Assembly: GCA_963826115.1 (NCBI GenBank)
Contig: CAWGVS010000012.1
Location: 672,001-736,000, forward strand
DNA length: 64,000 nt
Reading direction: 5' to 3'
Source: an uncultured Candidatus Rokubacteria bacterium
GTDB taxonomy: Bacteria > Methylomirabilota > Methylomirabilia > Rokubacteriales > DASRDR01
The translations under genes were made by a program, and so were the position numbers. Below are positions 1-9,434 of this stretch, one piece after another. How positions within the stretch are numbered: the stretch's first letter is position 1; the number at the start of each line of letters is the position of its first letter. The notes under the pieces were generated by a model. That model had not been told where the DNA came from. It searched no databases and saw nothing but the letters and a program-made list of their open reading frames with translations.

Positions 1-2
1 CC

Positions 3-672
3 ATGGGCGCCGGGATGGAGCCGTACCGGCTCGTACCGGGCTTCGCCGACCATGCCGACGTCGAGCAGCTCGCGGGCGCCGTCGCCCGAGAGGTGGGGCG
101 CCTCCGCCAGACGACGGGGATGGGCGGCATCGGCCCGCGCTACTGGATCATCGGCGGCACCGAGATCCTGGAGCACCTCCCGGAGCTCGCCGCGTTCGGC
201 GAGGCGCGGGTCCGACCCCTCCTCACGGCGTTCGTCGGCCGCCGGTCGAGCCCACCTTGGCGCGGGCCGCCATCCGCGTCCAGGTCTTCGAGGGCCCGAG
301 CCGCGAGTTTCGGTGGCACTTCGACGCGCGTCACTACGCGGCCCTCCTCACCCTCGAGAACGGCAATCAGACCGAGACTCACGTGATCGGCCCGGGGTTG
401 AGCCGCGTCCTCCGGCCTGTCCTGTACCCGCTCTACTGGCTCCCCCAGCTGTTCTCGCTGGCTCCGTACCGCCGGGTCACGATGGGGCGCGGCGACCTCC
501 TCCTCATGCGGGGCTCGGACGCGCTCCATCGGGGCATCGCGCGGGATCCCGCCGGGCGTCGCATCCTGATCGTCTGGGGATACCGGATCCCCGGCAGCCG
601 CCCGAACTGGCTGCGGGGCTGGGTCGCGCGTCGCGTGAACTACCGCACCTCAGCCGCGCCCTGTCGGGATAG
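3..672 (+). pseudogene. Probable 2OG-Fe(II) oxygenase-like protein, frameshifted near 245; 3' end uncertain
   Basis: Frame 3 (..TAFVGRR) joins the 257 frame (VEPTLARAAIRVQVFEG..FRWHFD..GDLLLMRGSDALHRG) if one G is added at ccGG(g)tc; HxD...H facial-triad pattern. Confidence 0.45.
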
Positions 673-820
673 CCCTCTCGTCCCGCGGCGCCCGGTGCGC
701 TATCGTCGGGTCGGCGCGCCGGGAGAGGACACCCCGGACGCGCCGGCTGCCCGGACCGGGCGTGGCCCGGGGGCCCCGAACGAATCGCCGGCCGTGCGCG
801 TGTGCACGAGGGAGACCGGA

Positions 821-1426
821 ATGACTGGCAGAGTGTCGCGGAGAGTCGCCGTGGTCGTCGCCGTGCTGTTCGCGGTCGGGCTCGCGGGCACCGCCGGCGC
901 CCAGAAGAAGCTCGAGGGCATCCCGCTCGTCTGGAAGCCCAGCAACCGGAAGGGCGCCGGGGTGACGAACCTGTCGGGCCTCGCGGACGTCAAGATCCAG
1001 GTCGATACCTTCGTCGACACCCGGGAGAACAAGGCGAAGTTCGGCGAGAACCAGGAGGACAAGGTGCCGAAGCCGGTCACCACGTCCACCAACGTCGCCG
1101 AGTTCACTTCGACGAACTTCCGGAACCTCCTGAAGCAGTACGGCCTGACCATCGTCCCGAGCGGCGGCGACGTGGTCATCGCCGGGGACATCCTGGAGTT
1201 CATGGTGACCGAGACCAACACCTACAAGGGCGAGGTGCGGTTGAAGCTCGCCGTGAAGAAGCGCGGCAAGACGGAGTGGGCGGGCATCGTCGCCGGGACG
1301 TCGAGCCGCTGGGGCCGCTCGTTCAAGGACGAGAACTACTACGAGACGATCAGTGACTCGCTGCTGGACGCGGCCTCACACGCGATGGAGGACGACGGCT
1401 TCCGCAAGGCGCTCGGCGGGAAGTAG
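821..1426 (+). CDS. Secreted hypothetical protein (YajG-like fold possible)
   Basis: ATG at 821 after GGAG; signal peptide ending AGA-Q; strongly biased GC3 codon usage. Confidence 0.75.
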   Translation: MTGRVSRRVAVVVAVLFAVGLAGTAGAQKKLEGIPLVWKPSNRKGAGVTNLSGLADVKIQVDTFVDTRENKAKFGENQEDKVPKPVTTSTNVAEFTSTNFRNLLKQYGLTIVPSGGDVVIAGDILEFMVTETNTYKGEVRLKLAVKKRGKTEWAGIVAGTSSRWGRSFKDENYYETISDSLLDAASHAMEDDGFRKALGGK

Positions 1427-1492
1427 CCGCGGCGGGCGGGGCGCGCCGCGCGCGCACCCCACGCCTTACCGGACGGGAAACGCTCGCGCGCG

Positions 1493-1624
1493 CTAGGGGT
1501 GCGTTTCGCTCGGCGTCTCCATGAAGGTCGGGCCCGTGATCGCGCTGGCCCCGCCTCCGCAGCCCGTCAGGCTCACAGTCAGGAGCCCCAGCACCAGCAT
1601 CGACATTGCGAGCGTGCGTCGCAT
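1493..1624 (-). CDS. 43-aa small lipoprotein
   Basis: AGGAGG SD at 1631-1636; MRR + hydrophobic stretch + lipobox LTG-C. Confidence 0.7.
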   Translation of the reverse strand: MRRTLAMSMLVLGLLTVSLTGCGGGASAITGPTFMETPSETHP

Positions 1625-1701
1625 CGGCGACCTCCTTGAAGGATTAGCGTTCCGCGGGGCGACGCTCCGTTGACGGCGTGGCCCGACTCGCTGTCTTCCG
1701 G

Positions 1702-1718
1702 TGCAAGGCGTGTGCCCC
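1702..1718 (-). promoter_or_regulatory. sigma54 -24/-12 promoter for the small lipoprotein
   Basis: Minus strand GGGGCACACGCCTTGCA = GG-N10-GC, close to TGGCACRNNNTTGCW. Confidence 0.55.
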
Positions 1719-1895
1719 AGACGTGGTCGGCCGGCCGGCTCGCGAATTCGCGGGGTTACCGCCCACGCAGGGCTCACACGCCCGTGGGCGAGTGCCCAGG
1801 CGCGCCGCGCGGCACCCGGTCGCTGACAATTCACGGCGCGGCCGGGGCCGGACGCCCGCCGCCGCGACCCCTGACGGGGTGTCCGAGGCGACCTC

Positions 1896-3212
1896 CTAGC
1901 GACCCGCACGCCGCAGCGCGGGGGCGGCCGCGTACACGGCGTCCTTGACGCGCTGCGGATAGTCGTCGGGGAAGGTCCACATGCCGCGGCCGGGCGGGTG
2001 CGTCAGCCCGCGCGTCGCGGGGTCGAACGGATAGATCATTGACAGCAGGACATCGCTCGACACCCGGGGGTTCGCGAAGAAGTATCCGTGGCCCCGCATG
2101 CCGCCGAGCTCGTGGGGGCCGTACACGCCCGCGACGTCGATGCCCACGAGCCGCTCGTTGCCGGCCAGCGTCTCCAGGTCGTCGCGCGTCAGCTCTTCGA
2201 AGTTCGGCCGTCCCAGGCGCGACGCCCTCGCGAGGACGCCGGCCCACTTCAGGGCGCCGTCATCTTCCGAGACGTAGACCTGCGTGCGCACCGCGAGGTC
2301 CGACACGGCCGGCACATGCGAGCGGGCGAAGGTCTTGAGGTCGATGTCCGCCGCCACGAAGAGGGCGTTGCCGATCCGGTAGCGGCGCTGGAGCGCCGCA
2401 TGGTCCTCCTCCGGATGGCGCGCGCGGAGTCGCACCAGCGCCTCCGCCAGGAGCGGCGAGCCGCAGCTGAACGCGATCAGGTTCAGCCGCCGGGCCTGGG
2501 TCTTCTCCGCGACCAGCGCGATCAGGCGCTCGATGTCCGGAATGAACGCCCGGGCGCGCCGGCAGTCGATGAAGTAGTTCCAGACGCGGGTGCCCGTCGG
2601 CCAGCTGAAGGCCACCACCGCCGACGAGCGACCGAGATAGTGGGCCCAGGCCCCCATGAACACGACGACCTGGTCGAAGGTCACCCGGTATCCGGGCACG
2701 TAGATCACGGCCTCCCCGGTCGTCGACGCCTGCACCTGCCGGTCGATGGCGGCCAGGAAGGCCCGGTCGCCGTCCTCGCCCATCACGCCGAACTCCTCGA
2801 CCCCGGTGAGGCGGGCCGGGCGCAGCGTGTCGGTCGTGCTGGTCCGATCCGACGCCATGAGGTCGGCAAAGGACCATCCGGGTTCGCCCAGCTGCACCGT
2901 GGCCCGGCCCAGGCGGGTGCGGTCGCCGGCGCTCGGCTGGTAGCGCTCGCGGGCGCCCGCGGGCGCCGGGGCGCGTGTCGTCGCGTAGAGGACGCGCACG
3001 TCGCCGTCCCGGTCGGCCGGCGCGACGCGGGTCGCGAAGTCGAGGCGCGGATCCGTCACGACGACCGGCGGGGGCATCATGGTCCAGCTGACCTCGTCGC
3101 TCCCGCACCCGGTCAGCAGGCCGGCGAGGACGAGGGCGCGGCTCGCGGCGCGTGCCCCGCCGCGGTGCGGACCCCGGGCGGCGCAGGTCACCTGTCGAGC
3201 AAGGATCGACAC
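1896..3212 (-). CDS. Alpha/beta hydrolase lipoprotein (DUF900-like esterase/lipase)
   Basis: Lipobox LTG-C; VLYATTR, FSWP, nucleophile elbow AFSCG, AADID, HGYF motifs; start uncertain. Confidence 0.8.
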   Translation of the reverse strand: MSILARQVTCAARGPHRGGARAASRALVLAGLLTGCGSDEVSWTMMPPPVVVTDPRLDFATRVAPADRDGDVRVLYATTRAPAPAGARERYQPSAGDRTRLGRATVQLGEPGWSFADLMASDRTSTTDTLRPARLTGVEEFGVMGEDGDRAFLAAIDRQVQASTTGEAVIYVPGYRVTFDQVVVFMGAWAHYLGRSSAVVAFSWPTGTRVWNYFIDCRRARAFIPDIERLIALVAEKTQARRLNLIAFSCGSPLLAEALVRLRARHPEEDHAALQRRYRIGNALFVAADIDLKTFARSHVPAVSDLAVRTQVYVSEDDGALKWAGVLARASRLGRPNFEELTRDDLETLAGNERLVGIDVAGVYGPHELGGMRGHGYFFANPRVSSDVLLSMIYPFDPATRGLTHPPGRGMWTFPDDYPQRVKDAVYAAAPALRRAGR

Positions 3213-3373
3213 GTCCGTGACGATACCCGATGCATGCTGGGCGCGCCACGGTCGGCGGCGGGTCCACCTCGCACAATCAGGAGCACGATCCGCGCGGGTC
3301 CGGTGCGTCAGCATCGCGTACCGGCAGCCCGACGGCTCGTGGCGGACAACCATTGAGAGGAGCGAGGCCCACC

Positions 3374-3747
3374 ATGTGCTTCATCCCGGCTGCTGGTCTG
3401 GTGATGGTGACCGTGCTCTGGCCCGCTATCGGTTCCCCGCAAGGGGCGCCGCTCGTAACTCCCAAGGCGTTCGATGCCACCGACACGAACCACGACGGGA
3501 AGATCACCCCGGAGGAGTACCGCGCCCGGATACAGGACGTGTTCTATCTCCTCGACCGGAACAGGGACGGCGCTCTCGTCAAGGACGAGTCCCGGGCGTG
3601 ACAGACGCGGCGTTCCGCGCCGCCGACAAGAACGGCGACGGGTGGCTGTCGATGCAGGAGTACCTTGACGCCCGGAGAGCGGACTTCACCGCCGCCGACA
3701 CGAACAAGGACGGCACCCTCTCCCGCGAGGAGACCGCCGGGAAGTAG
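3374..3747 (+). pseudogene. Secreted EF-hand (4 loops) calcium-binding protein, frameshifted near 3589
   Basis: DTNHDGKIT and DRNRDG in one frame, DKNGDGWLS and DTNKDGTLS in the next; one missing G (gag-gtc) restores the frame. Confidence 0.75.
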
Positions 3748-3777
3748 CCCGCGGGCGCCGACGACGGCACGCCCGTC

Positions 3778-4425
3778 TTAGGCGCCCGCCCCCTTCCGTC
3801 GCATCATCCAGTTCGGCTCGGCTTCCCCCACCTTGTGCAGGGTGTTGCGGTCGGTGTGGTGGAAGAGCTGGTCGCTCCCCGCGATCTTCAGCACGGTGTC
3901 CTGCTCGTAGGACCACGTCCCGTCCTCGTGCACGCTCACCGTGATGCGGAACTCGAGCGTCCGGAAGGCGTGATCCAGAAAGGGGTTCGAGCACGTCCCG
4001 TTGGTCGGGGAGCCGAACTCGCACACGAGCGCGAACGTCTTTGCGTCGGGGGCCGCCCCGCCGATCGCCATGGCGATCTGCCCGCGGGGGATGGTGTGCG
4101 ACTGGATGATCATGCCGGTCGCCGGCTCCCAGAGCCAGTAGCCGACCTGGTCGTGGAACGTCTCCGGCTTGGTCGGGCGCAGGATGTGCGTGTGGTAGCG
4201 AAGCCCGTAGAGAAGCTGCGGCCCGTTCGTCTGCGGGTCGATCGGCTGGAGCTCGTACCGCTCGAGGTATCCGTCCTCCCCGGAGCCCTCGGCGTTCGGA
4301 TGGACGTCCACCCCGCGCCGCCCCTCCCAGATGCCGGCGAGGGGCGTGAGCGGCCCGAGATTCCGAAGCGTGTCGGGATCCGGATCGGGCTCGGTGTAGA
4401 TGTCGGTCGGAAAGCCGTCGGTCAT
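3778..4425 (-). CDS. Heme-binding beta-barrel / FABP-like (nitrobindin, DUF1794) protein
   Basis: LGPLTPLAGIWEG, FHDQVGYWLWEP, IPRG, FHHTDRNTL motifs. Confidence 0.8.
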   Translation of the reverse strand: MTDGFPTDIYTEPDPDPDTLRNLGPLTPLAGIWEGRRGVDVHPNAEGSGEDGYLERYELQPIDPQTNGPQLLYGLRYHTHILRPTKPETFHDQVGYWLWEPATGMIIQSHTIPRGQIAMAIGGAAPDAKTFALVCEFGSPTNGTCSNPFLDHAFRTLEFRITVSVHEDGTWSYEQDTVLKIAGSDQLFHHTDRNTLHKVGEAEPNWMMRRKGAGA

Positions 4426-4459
4426 GTCCGTGCCGACCTGCGCCCTTCCCTCGAGCGCC

Positions 4460-4999
4460 TCAGGCCCGGGCGCGGAGCGCCAAGATCACGAGCCCGATGC
4501 CCTCGATGAGGAGGAGCACGCCGAAGAAGAACGGAATCGCCAGCGCGGCCATCATGGGCCGGCCGAGGAGGAGCAGTCCGACGAGGACGTTGATGCCGCC
4601 CAGGATGAAGGCGCCGCCGCCGCCGCCCTTGAAGCCCCGGATGATCTCGAACACCCCCATGAACAGGCTCTCGAAGCCCAGGATGAGGATCAGCACGGTC
4701 GGCACCGTCACCGCGGCCAGCATCGGGTGATTCAGGACGACGATGCCCGCGAAGATGCCGATGATGCCGCTGAGGAGCGACCAGACTCCCGCAGTCGAGC
4801 GGTCGGCGAACGTCCGCACCAGCGACAGGACGCCCGTCATCAGCAGGTAGATGCCCAGGAAGGTCATCAGCGCCACGAGCGTCGCGCCGGGGTTCGTCAG
4901 CAGCATGAGTCCGAGCAGCACGGCCGAGATTCCCTGCAGCAGGAAGATCCACCAGGCACTGCCCGGCTGGGGCCGGGCAAGCATCGCGGTTGCCATCAC
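4460..4999 (-). CDS. HdeD/DUF308 family membrane protein
   Basis: Six hydrophobic segments, WWIFLLQGI..LLGLMLLTNPG pattern; SD GGAGG. Confidence 0.8.
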   Translation of the reverse strand: MMATAMLARPQPGSAWWIFLLQGISAVLLGLMLLTNPGATLVALMTFLGIYLLMTGVLSLVRTFADRSTAGVWSLLSGIIGIFAGIVVLNHPMLAAVTVPTVLILILGFESLFMGVFEIIRGFKGGGGGAFILGGINVLVGLLLLGRPMMAALAIPFFFGVLLLIEGIGLVILALRARA

Positions 5000-5232
5000 G
5001 AGCCTCCTCTCTACGGTCGGGCGAAGTCCACGGAGGGATGCGAGCGCGGCGGGCGTCCGGCCGCCATCCTATGCCACCCCGCCCGTTTGGTGAAGGCCCC
5101 CCGCGGGGCACGGCAAGCCGCGGGCGCGGCCCAGCCCTGGGCGCTTGCGCCCGGTTCGCTACCGCTTCCCGCCTCGTCCCGCCGATCGACGCCTGACCCG
5201 GTCATCGCGACAAGACCGCCGGGAGGCCGCCA

Positions 5233-5625
5233 TCACGAACTTTCTGCGGACGCGCTCGCCCGACTCCACTGCCGAGCCACCACCTGCCACCCCGCCCCTC
5301 GGTGGACCCAGATGTCCGTCAAGTACCATTCACCGGACGTCTCTCGCCCATCGAGCTTGGCCAGGAGTCCCACGCGCGCCTGGTACACGGCGACCGTCCC
5401 GAAGTCGCGCACCAGAACGTCCTGAAAATCCATCCGCACGAGCTGCCACCGTCGGGTGTTCTCGATGAACTGTGTCTTGCCCCAGCGTCCCCGCTCGGAG
5501 GTGAACGTGAAGTCGTCCGCCATGAGCCGGCTCAGCGTGCCCTCGACACGGTCTCGAATGGCGTCCGTCCCGGCAAGGCAGAGCTGGTTGATTTCCTGCG
5601 CGGACTCGGCACGCCGAGCATCCAA
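5233..5625 (-). CDS. NTF2-like (DUF4440) protein
   Basis: LMADDF..VRDFGTVAV..TDIWVHRGAGWQVVA pattern. Confidence 0.75.
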   Translation of the reverse strand: MDARRAESAQEINQLCLAGTDAIRDRVEGTLSRLMADDFTFTSERGRWGKTQFIENTRRWQLVRMDFQDVLVRDFGTVAVYQARVGLLAKLDGRETSGEWYLTDIWVHRGAGWQVVARQWSRASASAESS

Positions 5626-5776
5626 TGGCCGTCCTCCCTTGGCAGAGAACCGGAAGCGCTTCAGCGGCGGGCACGGCGCGCGCGGAGTGGCGCCCGCTCG
5701 AGCGCGGGGAAGTCGCGCGCCGCCGGTAGCGAGAGAAGTGGAGCGTCCCGGCGGGCGCCGGGACGCTCCGGACTCC

Positions 5777-7192
5777 CTAGTAGCGGTAGTGCTCGGCCTT
5801 GTAGGGGCCGTCCTTCGGGAGCCCCACGTACTTCGCCTGCTCGTCGGTCAGCTCGGTGAGCATCGCGCCCAGCTTGCTCAGCTGGAGGCGCGCCACCTTC
5901 TCGTCGAGCCGCTTCGGCAGGATGTAGACGCCGACCGGATAGCTCTTGGTGTTCGTGAACAGCTCGATCTGGGCGAGCACCTGGTTGGCGAACGAGGAGC
6001 TCATGACGTAGCTCGGGTGCCCGGTCCCGCAGCCCAGGTTCACCAGCCGCCCCTCGGCCAGCAGGATGATGCGCTTGCCGTCGGGGAAGATGATGTGGTC
6101 GACCTGCGGCTTGATGTTGTCCCACTTGTACTGGCGCAGCGAAGCCACGTCGATCTCGTTGTCGAAGTGACCGATGTTGCACACGATGGCGTTGTTCTTC
6201 ATGCGCCGCATGTGGTCGTGGGTGATGACGCGCAGGTTCCCGGTGGCCGAGACGAAGATGTCGGCGTGCTCCGCCGCGTAGTCCAGGGTGACCACGCGGT
6301 AGCCCTCCATCGCCGCCTGCAGCGCGCAGATCGGATCGATCTCGGTCACCCACACCTGGGCCTGGAGCCCGCGCAGCGCCTGGGCCGAGCCCTTGCCGAC
6401 CTCGCCGTAGCCGGCGACCACCGCGATCTTGCCGGCCACCATCACGTCGGTGGCGCGCTTGATGCCGTCCACCAGCGACTCGCGGCAGCCGTAGATGTTG
6501 TCGAACTTCGACTTGGTCACCGAGTCGTTGACGTTGATGCCCGGGAAGAGCAGCCGCTGGTCCTTGACCATCTGGTAGAGGCGGTGGACACCGGTGGTGG
6601 TCTCCTCGGTGACGCCGCGGATCTCCTTGCCGATCATCGAGTACCACCCGGGCCGGGCCGCCAGCTGCTTCCGGATGGCGGCGAAGAGGACAGTCTCCTC
6701 CTCGCTCTCGGGATGCGCCAGCACCGAGGGGTCCTTCTCGGCCCGCGCGCCGAGGTGCACCAGCAGGGTGGCGTCGCCGCCGTCGTCGAGAATCATGTTC
6801 GGGCCGCGGTCGCCGAACTCGAAGATCCGATGCGTGAAGTCCCAGTACTCGGTGAGCGACTCGCCCTTGCGCGCGAAGACCGGCGTGCCGCCGGCGGCAA
6901 TGGCCGCCGCCGCGTGGTCCTGGGTCGAGAAGATGTTGCAGGAGGCCCAGCGCACCTCCGCGCCCAGCGCCTTCAGCGTCTCGATGAGCACGGCGGTCTG
7001 GATCGTCATGTGGAGCGATCCCGCGATGCGGGCGCCCCGGAGCGGCTGCCGCGCCGCGTACTCCTCGCGAATGGCCATCAGCGCGGGCATCTCGCCCTCG
7101 GCGATGGCGATCTCCTTGCGGCCCCACTCGGCCAGGAGCAGGTCGGCCACGTGGTAGTCGGGGAGGGACTGGCGGGTCGATGTGGCGCTCAT
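5777..7192 (-). CDS. ahcY: Adenosylhomocysteinase
   Basis: [43 protein letters not shown]-terminal HYRY; ATG 7192 after AGGAGG. Confidence 0.98.
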   Translation of the reverse strand: MSATSTRQSLPDYHVADLLLAEWGRKEIAIAEGEMPALMAIREEYAARQPLRGARIAGSLHMTIQTAVLIETLKALGAEVRWASCNIFSTQDHAAAAIAAGGTPVFARKGESLTEYWDFTHRIFEFGDRGPNMILDDGGDATLLVHLGARAEKDPSVLAHPESEEETVLFAAIRKQLAARPGWYSMIGKEIRGVTEETTTGVHRLYQMVKDQRLLFPGINVNDSVTKSKFDNIYGCRESLVDGIKRATDVMVAGKIAVVAGYGEVGKGSAQALRGLQAQVWVTEIDPICALQAAMEGYRVVTLDYAAEHADIFVSATGNLRVITHDHMRRMKNNAIVCNIGHFDNEIDVASLRQYKWDNIKPQVDHIIFPDGKRIILLAEGRLVNLGCGTGHPSYVMSSSFANQVLAQIELFTNTKSYPVGVYILPKRLDEKVARLQLSKLGAMLTELTDEQAKYVGLPKDGPYKAEHYRY

Positions 7193-7221
7193 CGCGCCTC
7201 CTTTCTGTACGACAAAAGGGT

Positions 7222-7296
7222 CGCGAGCGCCGTTACAGGATCCATCCCGAGCCTGGCAGGCGCCGTCGGGCGCCCGTCGCAACGCTCCTCGGGGAC
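7222..7296 (-). promoter_or_regulatory. SAH riboswitch
   Basis: Minus strand CCGAGGAGCGTTGC...CCAGGCTCGG...TAACGGCGCTC matches the SAH aptamer consensus; directly upstream of ahcY; extended -10 TGGTATGAT at ~7304-7312. Confidence 0.92.
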
Positions 7297-7320
7297 CGCG
7301 GCCATCATACCAAACTCGCG

Positions 7321-8004
7321 TCAGGCCCGCCAGAACCGCGCGGCGGCGACGGCCACGACGGCGAGCACGACGCCGACCGGGACCAGCAGCGTCAGGGCCG
7401 GGGCCGCCTGCATCAGGCCCCCGGCCGCCATCGCGCCGAGCACGTAGACCCCCCAGGCGGTCGCCAGCATGCGCTTGCCGTGACCCGCGGCGGCCGGGCC
7501 CACGCCGTGACGGGCGATGAGGCTCACGAGGCTGGTCAGCGTGCCGGTCACGAACGTGGTGGCGATCCCGAAGACATCGAGCCGCCGCGCCGCCGCGCTC
7601 TGCACGCCCATGGCGAGCGCGGCCAGCGTCACCCGCCCGACGAGCAGCGACGAGCGGTCCGCGGCCAGCGCGGCGAGCAGCACGCACTCGACGCCCAGCG
7701 CGACGGTCACGCCGCGCGGCCACGAGGCGGGGTGCTCGCTCCGGTGCACCAGCCCGGCGCCGATGGCGGCGCCGACCACAAACGCGGCCAGCGCCAGCGC
7801 GGTGCGGACGATGGCGCCTCCATCGGCCTGCACGAGCGCCAGGCCGAACAGCACGGTGTTGCCGGTCATGTTGGCGGTGAAGACGCGCCCCAGCGCGAGA
7901 TAGCTGACGGCGTCCACGTATCCGGCGGCGCCGGTCAGCAGGAGCACGAGCGCGTACTTGAGCGCGGCGGACCTCGGGTCTTCCCGGACGGACGCTGGCG
8001 CCAT
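7321..8004 (-). CDS. YoaK/DUF1275 family membrane protein
   Basis: [30 protein letters not shown] motifs. Confidence 0.88.
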   Translation of the reverse strand: MAPASVREDPRSAALKYALVLLLTGAAGYVDAVSYLALGRVFTANMTGNTVLFGLALVQADGGAIVRTALALAAFVVGAAIGAGLVHRSEHPASWPRGVTVALGVECVLLAALAADRSSLLVGRVTLAALAMGVQSAAARRLDVFGIATTFVTGTLTSLVSLIARHGVGPAAAGHGKRMLATAWGVYVLGAMAAGGLMQAAPALTLLVPVGVVLAVVAVAAARFWRA

Positions 8005-8025
8005 GGCGGGATCGAGGCCGCGGCC

Positions 8026-8349
8026 TCACTGCATCGGTGAGCGTGGCGTGGCGATGAGCCGAGTCACGACGATGTCCTCGCGGCGGTGATACTCCTGCCA
8101 GATGGGCTCGATGTTGGCCTTCCGCCAGTCGTCTTGATAGACCGCCTGGTACTGCGCTTCGCGCTGCTCCTCGCTCTCGAACCGCCGGATCCAGACGTAG
8201 ACGGACTGGTCCGTCTCGCCCCGGAAGCTGCCACACACCACCATGCCCCTGGAGACCTGGAACGGGATGATCTGCTCTTCCATGATCTTGACCCAGCCGT
8301 CGATCTTGCCGGGCTGTGGCCGGTAGATGCGGAGCTCGAAGAAGGCCAT
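8026..8349 (-). CDS. NIPSNAP family protein
   Basis: [23 protein letters not shown] pattern, 107 aa. Confidence 0.85.
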   Translation of the reverse strand: MAFFELRIYRPQPGKIDGWVKIMEEQIIPFQVSRGMVVCGSFRGETDQSVYVWIRRFESEEQREAQYQAVYQDDWRKANIEPIWQEYHRREDIVVTRLIATPRSPMQ

Positions 8350-8400
8350 CGCGCGCGTCCTCCCTGATCTCTTCTGGCTCCAGGCCGCCCGGGGGAATCG

Positions 8401-9165
8401 TCAGCCCTGCATCGTGAGGCCGCCCGAGACGCTGATCGTCTGCCCGGTGATGTACGCGGCATCGTCGCTGGCGAGGAACGCGACGATCCCCGGATAGTCC
8501 TCGGGCGCGCCGAGGCGCTTCATCGGGATCGCCCGCTTCAGGCCCTCCAGGATCTTCGCGCCGTCGGGACCCTCGGTGAAGCTGCGCAGGATCGCGGTGT
8601 CGGTCGGGCCCGGGCACACCGTGTTCAGCCGGATGCCCTTGGCCACCAGCTCGCGCGCCAGCGTCTTGGTGAGCGCGATCACGCCGCCCTTGCACGCCGA
8701 GTACACCGCCTCGCCGGAGGAGCCGACCCGCCCGGCGTCGGAGGCGATGTTCACCACCGCCCCGCGCCCGCGCGCAGCCATCCGCTTGAGCACGGCGTGG
8801 TGCATGTTGAGCGGACCGTAGAGGTTGACGCGGATCACCCGGTCCCAGAACGCGGGCTCCGTGTCGAGAAAGTTGGCGGCGCGGTCCCAGCCCGCGTTGT
8901 TCACCAGGATGTCCGCCGGCCCGCGGACGCGCTCGAGCGACTCGACCGCCCGCTCGACCGCGGCATGGTCGGCAATGTCGACGACCTCGACCGCCGCGTG
9001 GCCGCCCTGCGCTTGGATCTCCTGCGCGCAGCCGTGCGCGCCAGGCTCGTCGAGGTCGAAGATGCCCACCGTGCAGCCCTCGGCCGCGAGCCTGAGGGCG
9101 ATGGCCCGCCCGATACCGTTCGCCGCGCCGGTCACCAGCGCCACCCTGCCCTTCAGTCCACGCAT
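8401..9165 (-). CDS. SDR oxidoreductase (BadH-like 2-hydroxycyclohexanecarboxyl-CoA dehydrogenase / FabG-like)
   Basis: [45 protein letters not shown]. Confidence 0.85.
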   Translation of the reverse strand: MRGLKGRVALVTGAANGIGRAIALRLAAEGCTVGIFDLDEPGAHGCAQEIQAQGGHAAVEVVDIADHAAVERAVESLERVRGPADILVNNAGWDRAANFLDTEPAFWDRVIRVNLYGPLNMHHAVLKRMAARGRGAVVNIASDAGRVGSSGEAVYSACKGGVIALTKTLARELVAKGIRLNTVCPGPTDTAILRSFTEGPDGAKILEGLKRAIPMKRLGAPEDYPGIVAFLASDDAAYITGQTISVSGGLTMQG

Positions 9166-9240
9166 GATCCGCCTCCTTCAAACGACCCAACCCAGCAGGG
9201 CTGGCGTGGGAGCTCGGGCTGGAGATCGGCGCACGGGACG

Positions 9241-9258
9241 TGGCGCGCCTGGAGGGAA
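9241..9258 (-). repeat. att remnant: exact copy of the last 18 nt of tRNA-Arg(TCT)
   Basis: tggcgcgcctggagggaa is identical to 19197-19214. Confidence 0.75.
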
Positions 9259-9315
9259 GCGTGGCGCGGCGATGAGCCGAGTCACCTCGATGTCCCCGGG
9301 GCGATGATACTCCTG
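9259..9315 (-). repeat. Diverged copy of the 3' part of the NIPSNAP gene (8041-8097)
   Basis: gcgtggcgcggcgatgagccgagtcacctcgatgtccccggggcgatgatactcctg vs gcgtggcgtggcgatgagccgagtcacgacgatgtcctcgcggcggtgatactcctg. Confidence 0.85.
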
Positions 9316-9434
9316 TCGGCTCGGCTAGATGATCCGCTCTTCTCTAGTCGCGGCTATCAACCGGGCGGTACGGGGCGGCCCGGCGGCCGCCCCGTCACTT
9401 CAGTGCGTGCGAGCGGATCGTCGCGTTCGCGCCG

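Noticed and set aside
257-1426. 389-aa ORF as a single protein
   Set aside because: Joins the oxygenase-like fragment to a separate secreted protein that has its own SD and signal peptide at 821
1740-1830. Possible c-di-GMP-II riboswitch (TGGGCACT...GAGCC) upstream of the small lipoprotein
   Set aside because: Lacks the GTGCAACC pseudoknot partner and lies upstream of the predicted sigma54 promoter
5777-9190. 1137-aa ORF appearing to extend AhcY
   Set aside because: The upstream part is an Arg/Gly-rich off-frame read through yoaK, NIPSNAP and SDR; the true start is 7192 with SD and riboswitch
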